A stretch of 25,701 nt of DNA from positions 1 to 25,701 of IMG/VR virus record IMGVR_UViG_3300033141_000944; one strand, 5' to 3'. A model generated the notes under the pieces. It saw only the letters and a list, made by a program, of their open reading frames with translations, was not told the origin of the DNA and searched no databases. The translations under genes were made by a program, and so were the position numbers. The DNA is from a virus. Positions 24,891-25,701 of the stretch are shown piece by piece; the stretch's first letter is position 1; the number at the start of each line of letters is the position of its first letter.

Positions 24891-25162
24891 TATTTATCTA
24901 TCAGTTGCTTTAAATTTTCTTCACTTGTAAAGTTAGGACCCCATACACCAAAATCACAGCTTTCCTCTTCAAATGCGCTCTTGGCATTAAGATAACATCC
25001 GCACCCTCCATTAGCAACTCTGCACCAGCCTGAGTACTTACCGTTCTTTTGAGATATAGGGCATCTCTTGCATAGATTAGTGCGCTCCTTTATTAAGGCT
25101 TTTGAGTCTGTAAATAGGTATCTGTACCAACCTATAAAAATGCTTCTTAACTTGTTAATCAT
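24890..25162 (-). CDS. Small Cys-rich putative zinc-binding protein (90 aa)
   Basis: R..LCKRCP...WC....CGCYL.AK......C..G.W pattern. Confidence 0.7.
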   Translation of the reverse strand: MINKLRSIFIGWYRYLFTDSKALIKERTNLCKRCPISQKNGKYSGWCRVANGGCGCYLNAKSAFEEESCDFGVWGPNFTSEENLKQLIDK

Positions 25163-25326
25163 AAGAAATGATTGCTCGAACGAACAAATACAGACGCTCC
25201 TTGGCGGTAACGGGCTAATTCTGGATGCTGACCTATCTTTCTCTGTGATAATATCCGAATCATCATGCGTGTGTGGCGTATCACATGCAATTTAGCCTCT
25301 AGTATCTGTTGTTCTTTATCTGTCAC
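25159..25326 (-). CDS. Small hypothetical protein (55 aa, GTG start)
   Basis: Not in the ORF track; TAGTG overlap upstream and ATGA overlap downstream: MTDKEQQILEAKLHVIRHTRMMIRILSQRKIGQHPELARYRQGASVFVRSSNHFL. Confidence 0.6.
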   Translation of the reverse strand: MTDKEQQILEAKLHVIRHTRMMIRILSQRKIGQHPELARYRQGASVFVRSSNHFL

Positions 25327-25682
25327 TATAATTCTACTCTTATTGTGGTGTAATTTCCTGCTTGGGGTTTGCTAAATCTTAACAAATAGCAATCAACATC
25401 CGTAGTGCCCCCGTCTTCTGGTAGTGTAATCGTCAAGCCTTCGCTCTGTTGTTCAGAACTTTGCTCGGTAATCCAAATCTTATAGGAAGTGTGAGCTGCT
25501 AGTTCTGGAGTGTTAATTGTTACTATTCCCGCTACAGGGGTAGCCTCGTATCTGTTTAGTCGCTGAGTTCCAATGCTCTCAAAGTAAACATAAACAGGGT
25601 TAGCTGTTGCTACTGTTCCCATTATTAGATTATCCGCGCACTGTGGGACTCTTAGAGTGCTTCGGCAATTATCACAACTCAT
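25326..25682 (-). CDS. Hypothetical beta-rich protein, probably structural (118 aa)
   Basis: MSCDNC N-terminus like other virion proteins here; Thr/Val-rich. Confidence 0.65.
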   Translation of the reverse strand: MSCDNCRSTLRVPQCADNLIMGTVATANPVYVYFESIGTQRLNRYEATPVAGIVTINTPELAAHTSYKIWITEQSSEQQSEGLTITLPEDGGTTDVDCYLLRFSKPQAGNYTTIRVEL

Positions 25683-25701
25683 TTGATTCTGTTGATTTTG
25701 T

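Noticed and set aside
2022-25295. Numerous 60-145 aa plus-strand ORFs and short alternative-frame minus ORFs in the track
   Set aside because: They are shadows of long, tightly coupled minus-strand genes, with no promoter or motif support.
1-25701. Stop-codon reassignment (as in some crAss-like phages)
   Set aside because: Genes are full length in the standard code and TAA, TAG and TGA all end genes at start/stop overlaps.
1-25701. CRISPR array, tRNA, integrase/att site, DGR, intron or intein
   Set aside because: No spaced repeat array, cloverleaf, recombinase, reverse transcriptase or splicing motif recognised by eye.

Overview
A 25.7-kb segment of a tailed dsDNA phage (long non-contractile tail inferred) holding almost the whole virion-morphogenesis region on the minus strand. 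In transcription order: small genes, tail assembly chaperone with a likely -1 frameshift, a chaperone paralog, tape measure protein (1034 aa), two large tail-tip proteins flanking a lipoprotein, major tail protein, two glycosyltransferases (one fused to a methyltransferase), a 27-aa mini-ORF, portal, MuF-like minor head protein, scaffold, major capsid protein, head-tail joining genes, tail fibre and accessory proteins, and holin-like membrane proteins. A small divergent early-type region lies at the left end. Four promoters match the Bacteroidota housekeeping consensus (TTTG-N19/20-TAnnTTTG), so the host is probably a Bacteroidota. No terminase, endolysin, integrase, tRNA or CRISPR array was recognised. 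The most unusual signals are non-coding: (i) covarying H-type pseudoknots in the leaders of the major capsid and major tail genes; (ii) an exact 18-nt complementarity (23 bp with G-U pairs) between the capsid-gene terminator and the hairpin just before the tape-measure start codon; (iii) an A-AAA-AAG plus hairpin -1 frameshift signal at the stop codon of the holin-like gene; (iv) a shared 35-bp box at two late promoters. The glycosyltransferase pair is translationally coupled between the major tail and portal genes, suggesting virion glycosylation. All protein calls come from reading motifs and synteny by eye; no database search was run.
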